Assembly: GCA_020024085.1 (NCBI GenBank)
Contig: JAHHUG010000001.1
Coordinates: forward strand, 1 to 62,908
DNA: 62,908 nucleotides
Source: Christensenellaceae bacterium
GTDB lineage: Bacteria; Bacillota; Clostridia; Christensenellales; CAAEEZ01
Direction: 5' to 3'
Positions 28,907 through 38,191 of this stretch are shown in pieces. Within the stretch, counting starts at the first letter, position 1, and each line of letters opens with the position of its first letter. Below the pieces are notes generated by a model. That model did not search any database, had not been told where the DNA came from, and worked only from the letters and a program-made list of their open reading frames with translations. Made by a program: the position numbers and the translations under genes.

Positions 28907-29021
28907 TATTAATATAAGTTTTATTTATTAATACACAAGTACTTGTATTATAAAATATATTAGTGTATAATATTATAATAGAATTATTAACATAATAATA
29001 AATTAATTGCGGAGATATTTT

Positions 29022-31100
29022 ATGGGATACGATATGTTGTTTTCGCCTATGAAAATAGGTAATGTAGAAATAAAAAACAGAATTGTAATGTCACCTATGG
29101 AAATGGGATTTGGTCAAATGGACGGTAAGCCAACTGAAATGTTGACCGATTATTATGAGGAAAGAGCTAAGGGTGGCGTAGGTTTAATTATACCCGGTAT
29201 CACAAGGGTTAATGATTTTTCTGGTGCATCTACTTTTTGCCAATTATCGGTAAGTAGAGATAGTAATATAAAACCACTAAAAGATTTCGTAGATAAGATA
29301 CATACTCATGGTACAAAGTTGTTTATTCAACTTCATCACCCTGGTAGACAAAATGTGGATTTGCTTGTTGGTACTGTTAAGCTTAGTATTGCTTGCAATA
29401 AGTTTATACCACATTATCCATCACTACTTAAAAAGGTAGTTCCTATTGGTGTTAAAATGATGGAAAAGGACCTTGTACTTAGCGATGTTGCTCCTTCAAA
29501 ATGTGAGAGAAGTTATATTGCAAATGCAAAGGTAAAGGCACTTTCTCATAGAGGTGTAAAAAAGATTATTAAGCAATTTATTGATGGTGCTTATCGTTGT
29601 AAGCAAGCAGGTGTTGATGGTGTAGAATTACACGCTTCACACGGATACTTGATTCAACAATTTTTAAGCCCTAACACTAACCACAGAACCGACGAATATG
29701 GTGGCAGTCTTGAAAATAGAATGAGATTTTTGCTTGAGATTATTCGTGGTATCAGGGAGAAATGTGGTGCAGATTATCCTATTATTGTAAGAATTACCGT
29801 TGATGAGTGCTACGACAAAATTGGTCAACCAGGCAAAGGCTACGGTCTTGATGAGGGTATCGAGATGTGCAAAATCCTTGATAAAGAGGGTGTTGATGCA
29901 CTAGATATCAGTAGTGCTTGCTACGATACAATCAACTATTGGTTAGAGCCAGTTACCTTTGACCTTGGTTGGAGAAAGTATATGGCAGAGGCTGTTAAAA
30001 AGGTTGTTTCTTGTCCAGTACTTGCTGCTAATCTAATTAGAACTCCAGAACAAGCAGAGGCTCAACTAGAAGAGGGTGTTCAAGACTTTATTTCTCTAGG
30101 TCGTCCATTACTTGCAGACCCACATTGGGCAAATAAGGCTGCCGAGGGTAGACCAGAAGATATCAAAAGATGTATTTGTTGCTTGAACTGCTTTGAAACA
30201 ATGGAAAAGAATGCATATATTCTTGAGCATGGCGAGTGTGCTATCAACCCAACCCTTGGTAGAGAAAGAGCAAATAATAGTTTACCAAAAGATGGCGAGA
30301 ATAGACTTGTTGTTGTGGTTGGTGCTGGTCCTGCTGGACTTACTGCTGCTGAAACTCTACTTAGAAGAGGATTTAAGGTTCAAATACTTGAAAAGAATGA
30401 TTATGTTGGTGGTCAAGTTCAACTTGCTAACAAGCCTCCAAAGAAAGAAAAAATCAGTTGGGTATTTGAGGACTTAAAGACAAGTGTTGAAAAACTTGGT
30501 GGAGAAATCAAGTATAATACTACTGCAACTGCTGAAATGATTAAAAATATGAAACCTTATGCAGTAATTGTTGCAACAGGTGGTGTTCCAGTTGTTCCAA
30601 GGTCTATTGAAGGCACAAATCTTCCTAATGTTGTAACTGTTACCGAGGTACTTAATGGTTCAGTTCAATTTGAGGGCAAGGATATTGCAGTAATCGGTAG
30701 TGGTATGACAGGTCTTGAGACATCTCATTTACTTGCAACACAAGGCAATAACATCACTATTGTCGAAATGGCTGATACAGTTGCTCCAGGTGTATGGTGT
30801 CAACACACTGATGATATTTTACCAAAACTTGATGCAGAGGGTGTAAAAATACTTACAAGCCACAAACTTGTTAGAATCACAGAGGATTCAGTAGAGCTTG
30901 AGGAAGTTAAAACAGGCAAAAAGGTTGTTGTAGAAGTAAGCAATGTAGTACTTTCTATCGGTGTAAGACCAGTTAATGACCTATACAAAGAGCTTAAGGA
31001 AATCCAAAATAATGTATATTGCGTTGGTGATGCACTTCACATTGGTAGAATTGCTAATGCTACAAAGACTGCTTACGACACTGCAATTAAACTAATATAA
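29022..31100 (+). CDS. Old-Yellow-Enzyme-type NADH:flavin oxidoreductase fused to an FAD/NAD(P)-binding domain (2,4-dienoyl-CoA-reductase-like)
   Basis: OYE TIM-barrel N-terminal domain (FSPMKIGNVEIKNRIVMSPM, HGYLIQQFLSP), a Cys cluster (CICCLNCFE...C) and a Rossmann motif (VVVGAGPAGLTAAE). ATG at 29022 with GGAG upstream. Confidence 0.8.
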   Translation: MGYDMLFSPMKIGNVEIKNRIVMSPMEMGFGQMDGKPTEMLTDYYEERAKGGVGLIIPGITRVNDFSGASTFCQLSVSRDSNIKPLKDFVDKIHTHGTKLFIQLHHPGRQNVDLLVGTVKLSIACNKFIPHYPSLLKKVVPIGVKMMEKDLVLSDVAPSKCERSYIANAKVKALSHRGVKKIIKQFIDGAYRCKQAGVDGVELHASHGYLIQQFLSPNTNHRTDEYGGSLENRMRFLLEIIRGIREKCGADYPIIVRITVDECYDKIGQPGKGYGLDEGIEMCKILDKEGVDALDISSACYDTINYWLEPVTFDLGWRKYMAEAVKKVVSCPVLAANLIRTPEQAEAQLEEGVQDFISLGRPLLADPHWANKAAEGRPEDIKRCICCLNCFETMEKNAYILEHGECAINPTLGRERANNSLPKDGENRLVVVVGAGPAGLTAAETLLRRGFKVQILEKNDYVGGQVQLANKPPKKEKISWVFEDLKTSVEKLGGEIKYNTTATAEMIKNMKPYAVIVATGGVPVVPRSIEGTNLPNVVTVTEVLNGSVQFEGKDIAVIGSGMTGLETSHLLATQGNNITIVEMADTVAPGVWCQHTDDILPKLDAEGVKILTSHKLVRITEDSVELEEVKTGKKVVVEVSNVVLSIGVRPVNDLYKELKEIQNNVYCVGDALHIGRIANATKTAYDTAIKLI

Positions 31101-31102
31101 TT

Positions 31103-31702
31103 ATGGAAAGTTTGTACGAATTAAAGGAAAATTTTAAGAAAATTTATTTTGATAATATCAAGAGAGAGGGTGCAGATAAACTATTTGAGTATCTTGAAAA
31201 CTCAGACTTTTTCACTGCACCTAGCTCTGCAAGGTTTCACTCTGCATACGAGGGTGGTCTTGTTACTCATAGTATCAATGTGTATAATAGGTTGCTTAAT
31301 CTAATCAAGGCAGACTATGGCGAAAACTACGAGAGTGTGTATTCTAACGAGACTATCGCAATAGTTAGTTTGCTTCACGACCTATGCAAAATTGATTACT
31401 ACGAAGTAAGCTATCGCAACTCTAAAAATGAGTTTGGAGAGTGGGTAAAGGTTCCATTTTACTCAGTCAATGATAAAATGCCTTATGGCCACGGCGAAAA
31501 GTCGGTATATATTGTCAATGGTTTTATCCGTCTTTCAAGAGAGGAGGCTATGGCAATCAACTGGCATATGGGTGGATTTGACTTGAGGGTTAAAGGTGGT
31601 AGCTATTCAGAGGGCGAGGCATACAACAAATATCCACTTTGTGTGTATCTTCAAGTAGCCGATATGATGGCAAGTTATCTTGATGAAAAAAGAGAAAATT
31701 AA
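31103..31702 (+). CDS. HD-domain phosphohydrolase family protein
   Basis: 199 aa with H...HD (LLHDLCK) and later His/Asp residues. Starts 2 nt after the oxidoreductase stop, so likely the same operon. Confidence 0.6.
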   Translation: MESLYELKENFKKIYFDNIKREGADKLFEYLENSDFFTAPSSARFHSAYEGGLVTHSINVYNRLLNLIKADYGENYESVYSNETIAIVSLLHDLCKIDYYEVSYRNSKNEFGEWVKVPFYSVNDKMPYGHGEKSVYIVNGFIRLSREEAMAINWHMGGFDLRVKGGSYSEGEAYNKYPLCVYLQVADMMASYLDEKREN

Positions 31703-31721
31703 TTTTTTTTATTAAAAATTG

Positions 31722-31750
31722 TTGCTAAAATTAAACAACAGTAGTAAAAT
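31722..31750 (+). promoter_or_regulatory. sigma-A-type promoter for the T-box leader
   Basis: TTGCTA (31722-31727), 17-nt spacer, TAAAAT (31745-31750). Confidence 0.55.
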
Positions 31751-31756
31751 GTTTAT

Positions 31757-31980
31757 ATTGTAAACCGATGATTTGAGGGTAGTACCTTTTAGGAAGGCTA
31801 ATTCAGAGAGCTGTGTATGGTGTGATGCAGTATTAGTTGTAAAAGGGAATGGGCTCAATAGGGCAAGGGTGAATTATAGTAGCTTTTGACGGGATTCCAC
31901 CGTAAACGGAAAGAGTATGTTGGTACTTAAAATTTATGTTATTTTTAACGGTATTTAGGTATCTAAATATCGTTTTTTTT
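31757..31980 (+). promoter_or_regulatory. T-box riboswitch leader, Trp (UGG) specifier
   Basis: Stem I hallmarks appear in order: CGATGA...GAGGGTAGTA (GA/K-turn plus AGTA), the AGAGAG bulge, and the distal loop TGGTGTGA (GGUGNRA type). CCTTTT / AAAAGG closes a specifier loop reading GAA-TGG-G (UGG at 31850-31852). An F-box-like CCGTAA follows, then a degenerate T-box core GTTGGTAC (about 31919-31926). The terminator is AACGGTATTTAG-GTAT-CTAAATATCGTT + T8 (31947-31980). The downstream gene is trpB. Confidence 0.75.
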
Positions 31981-32024
31981 ATTAACCTAAACTTTAAGTA
32001 AATTTTATTTAAAGGAGTAGAAAA

Positions 32025-33266
32025 ATGGAATTAAACGGAATTGATTATGAAACTTACCTAAAACACTATCCTGATAAGAATGGTTTTTTTGGCGAATTTG
32101 GTGGACAGTATATCTCAAAGGAACTTGAGCCTGCTTTTAAGGAAATAACAGAGGCTTACCTTACAATTTGTAAGTCTTCTAAATTTATTAGCGAACTTCG
32201 TAGGATTAGAAAGGAGTATCAAGGTAGACCAACTCCAGTATATCACTGCGAAAGATTGTCTAAAATGACAGGTAGTAAAACTCAAATTTATGTAAAAAGA
32301 GAGGACCTTAACTTTACTGGTGCACACAAGTTAAATCACTGTATGGGCGAGGGTTTGCTAGCTAAATATATGGGCAAAAAGAAGATTATTGCAGAGACTG
32401 GTGCAGGTCAACATGGTGTAGCTCTTGCTACTGCTGCTGCCTACTTTGGACTAGAGTGCGATATCTATATGGGCGAAGTTGATATCAAAAAACAAGCTCC
32501 TAATGTTGCTAGAATGAAGATTTTAGGTGCTAGGGTTATCCCAGTTACTCACGGACTTAAGACATTAAAAGAGGCTGTTGATGCAGCATTTAATGCTTAT
32601 ATGAATGAATATAAGGATAGCATTTATTGTATTGGTTCAGCACTTGGTCCACACCCATTTCCAATGATGGTTCGTGATTTCCAAATGGTAGTTGGCGAGG
32701 AAGCAAAGGACCAATTCAAAGAGATGACAGGCGAACTTCCTGATGCTATTTGTGCTTGTATGGGTGGTGGTAGCAATGCTGCTGGTATGTTTATTCCTTT
32801 CCTAGATACACCTGTTAAGATTTATGGTGTAGAGCCTCTTGGAAAAGGTAGTGGTGTTGGCGACCATGCTGCTAGTATGGCTTATGGAACTCCAGGTATT
32901 ATGCACGGATTCAATAGTATGATGCTACAAACTAACGAAAAAGGTGTTCCGGACCCAGTTTACTCTGTTGCAAGTGGACTTGATTATCCATCAGTTGGAC
33001 CAGAACACGCATTCCTAAACAAAATGGGTAGGATTAAGTACGTTACTGCAAGCGATGAGGAGGCTATTGAGGCATTCTTCAAGTTGTCTAGGTATGAGGG
33101 CATTATCCCTGCACTAGAAAGTGCACACGCAGTTGCTTATGCTATGAAACTTGCAAAAGAAATGGGCACTGGTTCTATTCTTGTAAACCTATCTGGTAGA
33201 GGAGACAAGGACGTGGATTATGTTATTGAACATTATGGATTAGGAGACAAATATATTAATGACTAA
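32025..33266 (+). CDS. trpB: tryptophan synthase beta chain (stand-alone)
   Basis: 413 aa with [15 protein letters not shown], the PLP-lysine region [14 protein letters not shown], and [11 protein letters not shown]. There is no trpA or other trp gene in the window. Confidence 0.9.
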   Translation: MELNGIDYETYLKHYPDKNGFFGEFGGQYISKELEPAFKEITEAYLTICKSSKFISELRRIRKEYQGRPTPVYHCERLSKMTGSKTQIYVKREDLNFTGAHKLNHCMGEGLLAKYMGKKKIIAETGAGQHGVALATAAAYFGLECDIYMGEVDIKKQAPNVARMKILGARVIPVTHGLKTLKEAVDAAFNAYMNEYKDSIYCIGSALGPHPFPMMVRDFQMVVGEEAKDQFKEMTGELPDAICACMGGGSNAAGMFIPFLDTPVKIYGVEPLGKGSGVGDHAASMAYGTPGIMHGFNSMMLQTNEKGVPDPVYSVASGLDYPSVGPEHAFLNKMGRIKYVTASDEEAIEAFFKLSRYEGIIPALESAHAVAYAMKLAKEMGTGSILVNLSGRGDKDVDYVIEHYGLGDKYIND

Positions 33267-33459
33267 ATTGATTGACCAAATTAATGAACTTGCTAGAAAG
33301 GAAAAGTCAGTAGGTTTGACGGCTGAGGAAAAGGAGCTTCAAACTAAACTTCGTAACGAATATCGAGAGCAATTTAGAGCAAATTTCCGTTCTCAACTAG
33401 ATAATACTTATATTATGGACGAAAATGGAAACAAGACAAAGGTCGGCAAGAAAAATTAA
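33259..33459 (+). CDS. DUF896 / UPF0291 (YnzC-like) small protein
   Basis: 66-aa helical protein ([33 protein letters not shown]) resembling B. subtilis YnzC. Overlaps the trpB end by 8 nt. Confidence 0.65.
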   Translation: MTKLIDQINELARKEKSVGLTAEEKELQTKLRNEYREQFRANFRSQLDNTYIMDENGNKTKVGKKN

Positions 33460-33470
33460 TACATTTATAA

Positions 33471-33496
33471 AGGGTAGCAATTGCTATCCTTTTTTT
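33471..33496 (+). terminator. intrinsic terminator after trpB-DUF896
   Basis: AGGGTAGC-AATT-GCTATCCT hairpin followed by a T6 run. Confidence 0.75.
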
Positions 33497-33617
33497 GTAA
33501 AAAGTATTTAATATTTGATTAATAATCAAAAATAAGTCCAAATATGAATATTTACAAGGTAAGTGTGTAAAACTAATGATGATATTTGGTACATTTTGTA
33601 TAAAAAGTCTATAAAAC

Positions 33618-33646
33618 TTGACTGATTTTTGCTAGTAGTTTATAAT
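33618..33646 (+). promoter_or_regulatory. sigma-A-type promoter for the degV-family gene
   Basis: TTGACT (33618-33623), 17-nt spacer, TATAAT (33641-33646). Confidence 0.6.
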
Positions 33647-33665
33647 AATAGTATTGGGAGAAATT

Positions 33666-34613
33666 ATGAATAAATATATTATTAGTACAGATGCTTGTGT
33701 CAACCTTCCAAAATGGTTGACAGACAAATATAATATTCCTATTGTGCCAATGCCATTTTCACTAAATGAGCCAGTTGGCGAAAAGGATATTTCATTATTA
33801 GGTGTAATCAAAAAAACTGAATACAAAAGGTTTGATTATAGGTCGGATACAACCACTATGACCATGCCAGAGTTCTACGATAAGCTAGCAAATGGTGCAG
33901 TTCCACTAACCAGCCAAGCTAATGCTAGTATTACCGAGGAATACCTTGAGCCTTATCTAAAAGAGGGTTATGATATTCTTCATATTGCATTTTCATCAGG
34001 TATGAGTGGTACTTACAATTCTGCTTGTATTGCACAAAAAGAACTTCAAGCAAAGTACCCTGATAGAAAGATTATTGTTATAGATAGTTTGTCAGGTGGT
34101 GGTGGCGAAGGTCTTGCCGTTATTGATGCTTACAAACAATTTGAATTAGGTAAGTCTATTGAAGAGGCTGCAAACTATGTAGAGGAGGAGAAACTTAGAT
34201 ATCGTCATTACTTCACGGTTGGAGATATCAAGTTTATCGCAAAATCAGGTAGAATTAGTTCGTTCCAAGAGTTAGTTGGTACATTACTTGGTATTACAAT
34301 TATTCTAGGTATTGATTCTGAAGGCAAGGTATATCCTGCTGCAAAAGTTCGTGGCAAAAAGAAGGTTACTCGTAAGATGTTAGAGTTATTCGAGGATAAC
34401 AAGGGCGACCAAGATGTAAGTTCAATTATTCTTAACCACGGAAATGATATCGAGGAAATTCAACAGCTTGGCGAAACTATTTTGGAAGAGTTCCCTGATG
34501 TAAACAATATCGACTACGACTATGTAAATATGCTAGTTGGTTGCAATTCAGGACCAGGTTCTCTTGCATTGTTCTTCAAGGGTGAAAAGAGAACTTTTGT
34601 ACAAAATAAATAA
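33666..34613 (+). CDS. DegV family fatty-acid-binding protein
   Basis: About 315 aa with a typical DegV N-terminus (MNKYIISTDACVNLP...) and the HIAFSSGMSGTYNSA segment. ATG at 33666 with GGGAG upstream. Confidence 0.8.
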   Translation: MNKYIISTDACVNLPKWLTDKYNIPIVPMPFSLNEPVGEKDISLLGVIKKTEYKRFDYRSDTTTMTMPEFYDKLANGAVPLTSQANASITEEYLEPYLKEGYDILHIAFSSGMSGTYNSACIAQKELQAKYPDRKIIVIDSLSGGGGEGLAVIDAYKQFELGKSIEEAANYVEEEKLRYRHYFTVGDIKFIAKSGRISSFQELVGTLLGITIILGIDSEGKVYPAAKVRGKKKVTRKMLELFEDNKGDQDVSSIILNHGNDIEEIQQLGETILEEFPDVNNIDYDYVNMLVGCNSGPGSLALFFKGEKRTFVQNK

Positions 34614-34625
34614 TTAGATTTTATT

Positions 34626-34655
34626 AAAAAGATATGGTTTTCCATATCTTTTTTG
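34626..34655 (+). terminator. intrinsic terminator after the degV-family gene
   Basis: AAGATATGG-TTTT-CCATATCTT hairpin followed by a T run. Confidence 0.8.
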
Positions 34656-34770
34656 TTATGTAACCAACCAAAGTTTATTTAGAATATTTTAGTTTAGACT
34701 TTTCATATTATAGTTTTTATATTATAATATAAATTATACTTATATATATAATAGAAAGTTAGAGGTTAAA

Positions 34771-35304
34771 ATGCGAAAATTTTTTGAATGTACAATGTCG
34801 ATATTAATAATAGTCGCTGTAATTTTAAGTGGCATATATTGTTTTTTGAAAAACGATATCCTTTTAACTTTTATGATAACTATTGATGTTGCTGCTTACC
34901 ACTTTTTAATGAGGTATCTAGTGGGAAATATTGTGGACTTAATAAAGTTTAATCCTAATGTGTGGTGGTTTAGGGAACATAAATACGAAAGAAAGATATA
35001 TAAATTTTTGAATGTTAAAAAATTCAAAAAGCATATTCCTACATACAAGCCAGAAAGTTTTGATTTGTCAAAACATAGTTACGAAGAAATAATTGCTTCA
35101 ACTTGTGGTGCAGAGGTAATACACGAAATCTCAATGCTGTTAAGTTTTTTGCCATTAATTATGATAATATGGTACGACTATATACCATTTTTAGTAACAT
35201 CGGTTATTGCCTCACTTGTTGATTTACCTTTTGTGCTTATACAAAGATACAACAGACCAAGGCTTGTAAAACTAAACAAACTAAAAAATAAAGATTTAAA
35301 TTAA
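34771..35304 (+). CDS. membrane protein of the glycosyl-4,4'-diaponeurosporenoate acyltransferase (CrtO-like) family
   Basis: 177 aa with 4 hydrophobic segments. The C-terminal LIQRYNRPRL and preceding AEVIHE match my recollection of S. aureus CrtO (VQRYNRPRL, AEFIHW). Confidence 0.5.
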   Translation: MRKFFECTMSILIIVAVILSGIYCFLKNDILLTFMITIDVAAYHFLMRYLVGNIVDLIKFNPNVWWFREHKYERKIYKFLNVKKFKKHIPTYKPESFDLSKHSYEEIIASTCGAEVIHEISMLLSFLPLIMIIWYDYIPFLVTSVIASLVDLPFVLIQRYNRPRLVKLNKLKNKDLN

Positions 35305-35329
35305 GGATAGAATAGTCTATCCTTTTTTT
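35303..35329 (+). terminator. intrinsic terminator after the CrtO-like gene
   Basis: AAGGATAG / CTATCCTT stem overlapping the stop codon, followed by a T7 run. Confidence 0.75.
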
Positions 35330-35435
35330 ATATTATTTGTTTAAGAAGCAACTAAACTTTAACAAAATAGCTAAAATTACAACAGAAAATAAAGTTTAGA
35401 ATATATATTTTTTACTACGGAAAAATCGTATATGC

Positions 35436-35453
35436 ATTTATGCATGCATAAAT
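35436..35453. promoter_or_regulatory. 18-bp perfect palindrome ATTTATGCATGCATAAAT with extra TGCATA half-sites nearby (candidate operator)
   Basis: Perfect 9+9 inverted repeat. Additional TATGCA / TGCATAAA-type half-sites at 35431-35436, 35462-35470, 35474-35480 and 35521-35526, all upstream of the ABC-transporter promoter. Confidence 0.4.
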
Positions 35454-35544
35454 TAATATTTTGCATAAAATATTGCATATAATGTATAAAATAGGTAAAA
35501 TATAAAAAAATATGAAAAATTATGCAAAAATTATTCAAAAAAAG

Positions 35545-35573
35545 TTGACAATTTAAAAGGTTAGTAATATACT
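35545..35573 (+). promoter_or_regulatory. sigma-A-type promoter for the amino-acid ABC transporter operon
   Basis: TTGACA (35545-35550), 17-nt spacer, TATACT (35568-35573). Confidence 0.6.
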
Positions 35574-35634
35574 AATATCAATAAAACAAATCAAACAAAA
35601 TTTAACAAATTTATTTATAAAGAGGAACAGGAAA

Positions 35635-36441
35635 ATGAAAAAATTATTAAAGAAATTAGGTTTAATATTAACCACTGTTGCAATCGCTGTTACATCAGTT
35701 ATTGGTTTAACTGCTTGTAATAATCAAAAAAGCAATTTATTAGTAGTTGCAACAGAAGCAAAGTTTAATCCATTTGAATATGTAGATGCTAATGGCAATT
35801 TTACTGGTTTTGATATGGAACTTATTGAGTTGCTTGCTAAAAAAATGGGTTATGATGGTGTGCAAATTAAGGATATGGATTTTGATTCAGTAATCGGTGC
35901 TGTTACAACAAATAATGCAGATGTAGCAATCGCTGCTATGACAATTAATGCTAAAAGGGCAAAATCAGTAGATTTCGCTGATGCATATTATACCAATTCT
36001 GCACAATGGATTTTGAAGAAGAAAGGCGACACAAAATTTGTTGGCACAACCAAAGAGGCTTTAGATAAAGAACTAGAAGGCAAAAAAATTGGTGTAGCAA
36101 AAGGTCAAACTGGTTACTATTATGTTGTAGGTGGTGGCGATTTTGAATTTGCTGGTGTTAAAGATGCTAAAATGAGCGAATATCAAGATATGCCTTCAGC
36201 AGTTACAGCCTTAAAAAAGGGTATGATTGATTGTGTATTATCAGACAATGCAGTAGCTGAAGAAATTATTGCTAAAAATGCAGATATTGAAGCAATCAAA
36301 GTTCCACTAACAGTAGAGAAATATGGTATCGCAGTTAAAAAAGGCAATACAGAAATGGTTAATAAATTAAATGCTGCATTAAAAGAGGCTAAAGCAGATG
36401 GTTCATTTGATGCACTATATAACAAATATTTTGGAGAATAA
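35635..36441 (+). CDS. amino-acid ABC transporter substrate-binding lipoprotein
   Basis: Signal peptide with lipobox (IGLTAC) and a family-3 solute-binding fold (FNPFEYVDANGNFTGFDMEL). Confidence 0.85.
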   Translation: MKKLLKKLGLILTTVAIAVTSVIGLTACNNQKSNLLVVATEAKFNPFEYVDANGNFTGFDMELIELLAKKMGYDGVQIKDMDFDSVIGAVTTNNADVAIAAMTINAKRAKSVDFADAYYTNSAQWILKKKGDTKFVGTTKEALDKELEGKKIGVAKGQTGYYYVVGGGDFEFAGVKDAKMSEYQDMPSAVTALKKGMIDCVLSDNAVAEEIIAKNADIEAIKVPLTVEKYGIAVKKGNTEMVNKLNAALKEAKADGSFDALYNKYFGE

Positions 36442-36444
36442 AAA

Positions 36445-37125
36445 ATGAGTGTAGGAGAAGAATTAAATCTTATATTCAATGACTATGGTAAATTACTTTT
36501 AACAGGGTTTCAAAACACCCTGTTAATTGCATTTTGTGCAACTTTAATTGGTATAGTCATTGGTACATTAATAGCAACAGTTAAGATACTTCCACAAAAC
36601 AATTTTATCGTAAAACTTCTAAGCAAAATAGCTGATTTGTATGTTGTGTTATTTAGAGGTACTCCTATGGTAGTTCAATTACTTATTATGTATTTTGTAA
36701 TTATCCAAAATGGTTTACCAGAGATTGTAACAGCTATCGTAACATTTGGACTAAACAGTGGTGCTTATGTTTCAGAAAATATGAGAAGTGGAATTATGGC
36801 AGTGGATAAAGGTCAGTTAGAGGCTGCAAGGTCATTAGGACTTGGATATGGTCAAGCAATGTTAAAGGTAGTATTACCTCAAGCAATAAAGCACGCTATT
36901 CCAAACCTAGGTAACGAATTTATTACATTATTAAAGGATACTTCAATCGCTGGATTTATTACAGTAAGAGACCTTACAAAAGTAATACAAAATATCGTTG
37001 CATCAACATATGAACCTATTGTTCCATATTTGTTACTTGCAGGTATTTATTTACTACTTGTATTGTTCTTCACTGGTATATTAAGATTAATTGAAAGGAG
37101 GTTAAGGAAAGGTGATAACCGTTAA
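36445..37125 (+). CDS. amino-acid ABC transporter permease (His/Glu/Gln/Arg/opine family)
   Basis: 226 aa with an EAA-type loop ([23 protein letters not shown]). Confidence 0.85.
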   Translation: MSVGEELNLIFNDYGKLLLTGFQNTLLIAFCATLIGIVIGTLIATVKILPQNNFIVKLLSKIADLYVVLFRGTPMVVQLLIMYFVIIQNGLPEIVTAIVTFGLNSGAYVSENMRSGIMAVDKGQLEAARSLGLGYGQAMLKVVLPQAIKHAIPNLGNEFITLLKDTSIAGFITVRDLTKVIQNIVASTYEPIVPYLLLAGIYLLLVLFFTGILRLIERRLRKGDNR

Positions 37126-38005
37126 AAATCTACATAAAAGTTTTGGTAACAACGATGTACTTCGTGGTATTGACCTAGAGATTGAAAAGGGCGAAAAGGT
37201 TGTTATTTTGGGACCATCTGGTTGTGGTAAATCAACCCTTTTAAGATGTTTGAACCTTCTTGAAACCCCAACAACAGGTCATATTTACTTTGGTAATGAT
37301 GAAATAACATACTACAAAAAGCTTAATAAAGTGCAAAAAACAATGCTTAATATCAAGCTAACTTTGCTTAATAGGACAGTAAAAAAGATAAAATTAAAGC
37401 CAGAAAAACTTGAAGTTGTCAACAAAAAAATTGAGCATATTACCGAAAAGTTAGAGTTTGATAGCACTTTAGAAAAGAGAGAAAAGCCAAATGTAAACAA
37501 AATTAGACAAAATATGGGTATGGTTTTCCAATCTTTCAACCTATTCCCCAATATGACAATTAGAAAAAATATTACCTTTGCACCTGTTAAGTTAAAGTTG
37601 ATGACAGAGGAGCAAGCTAATAAAAAGGCAGAAGAGTTGCTAGGAAGAATTGGTCTACTTAATAAGATTGATGAATATCCTAACTCATTAAGTGGTGGAC
37701 AAAAGCAAAGGGTTGCGATTGTTAGAGCACTTGCTATGAACCCACAAGTAATGCTTTTTGATGAGCCAACAAGTGCACTTGACCCAGAAATGGTAGGCGA
37801 GGTTCTTAACCTTATGAAAGAGCTTGCAGATACAGGAATGACAATGGTTGTTGTTACTCACGAAATGGGATTTGCAAGGGAAGTTGCTACAAGAGTATTA
37901 TTTATTGATGAGGGAGTTATTAAGGAAGATGCTCCACCAGAGGAGTTTTTTGACAATCCAAAGGACCCAAGATTAAAGGATTTCTTATCAAAAGTTTTGA
38001 AATAA
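37112..38005 (+). CDS. amino-acid ABC transporter ATP-binding protein with a Lys-rich internal insertion of about 55 aa
   Basis: Walker [11 protein letters not shown]-loop MVFQSFNLF, signature LSGGQKQR, Walker [12 protein letters not shown] and H-loop VTHEM. GTG start overlaps the permease end. At 297 aa it is longer than the ~240 aa usual for GlnQ-type ATPases. Confidence 0.85.
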   Translation: MITVKNLHKSFGNNDVLRGIDLEIEKGEKVVILGPSGCGKSTLLRCLNLLETPTTGHIYFGNDEITYYKKLNKVQKTMLNIKLTLLNRTVKKIKLKPEKLEVVNKKIEHITEKLEFDSTLEKREKPNVNKIRQNMGMVFQSFNLFPNMTIRKNITFAPVKLKLMTEEQANKKAEELLGRIGLLNKIDEYPNSLSGGQKQRVAIVRALAMNPQVMLFDEPTSALDPEMVGEVLNLMKELADTGMTMVVVTHEMGFAREVATRVLFIDEGVIKEDAPPEEFFDNPKDPRLKDFLSKVLK

Positions 38006-38034
38006 ACCAAATAAAATATTAATTTTTTTCATTA

Positions 38035-38067
38035 AAAAAGGCATCAAACTTGATGCCTTTTATTTTT
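38035..38067 (+). terminator. bidirectional intrinsic terminator between the ABC operon and the convergent esterase gene
   Basis: AAAGGCATCAA-AC-TTGATGCCTTT hairpin flanked by an A run on the 5' side and a T-rich tract on the 3' side. Confidence 0.8.
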
Positions 38068-38191
38068 ATATATTTTTATGAAATTTGTTGCTATTTTACA
38101 TTAGTTTAACAAAAGTATTATAAAATACCATAATAAAATATAATACATTTTGTAATTAACTACTATATAAATATTTGTTTAATATAGTAGA

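Noticed and set aside
33515-33529. 15-bp palindrome TTGATTAATAATCAA upstream of the degV-family promoter.
   Set aside because: Seven-bp AT-rich arms are expected several times by chance in 63 kb of this composition, and there is no supporting second site.
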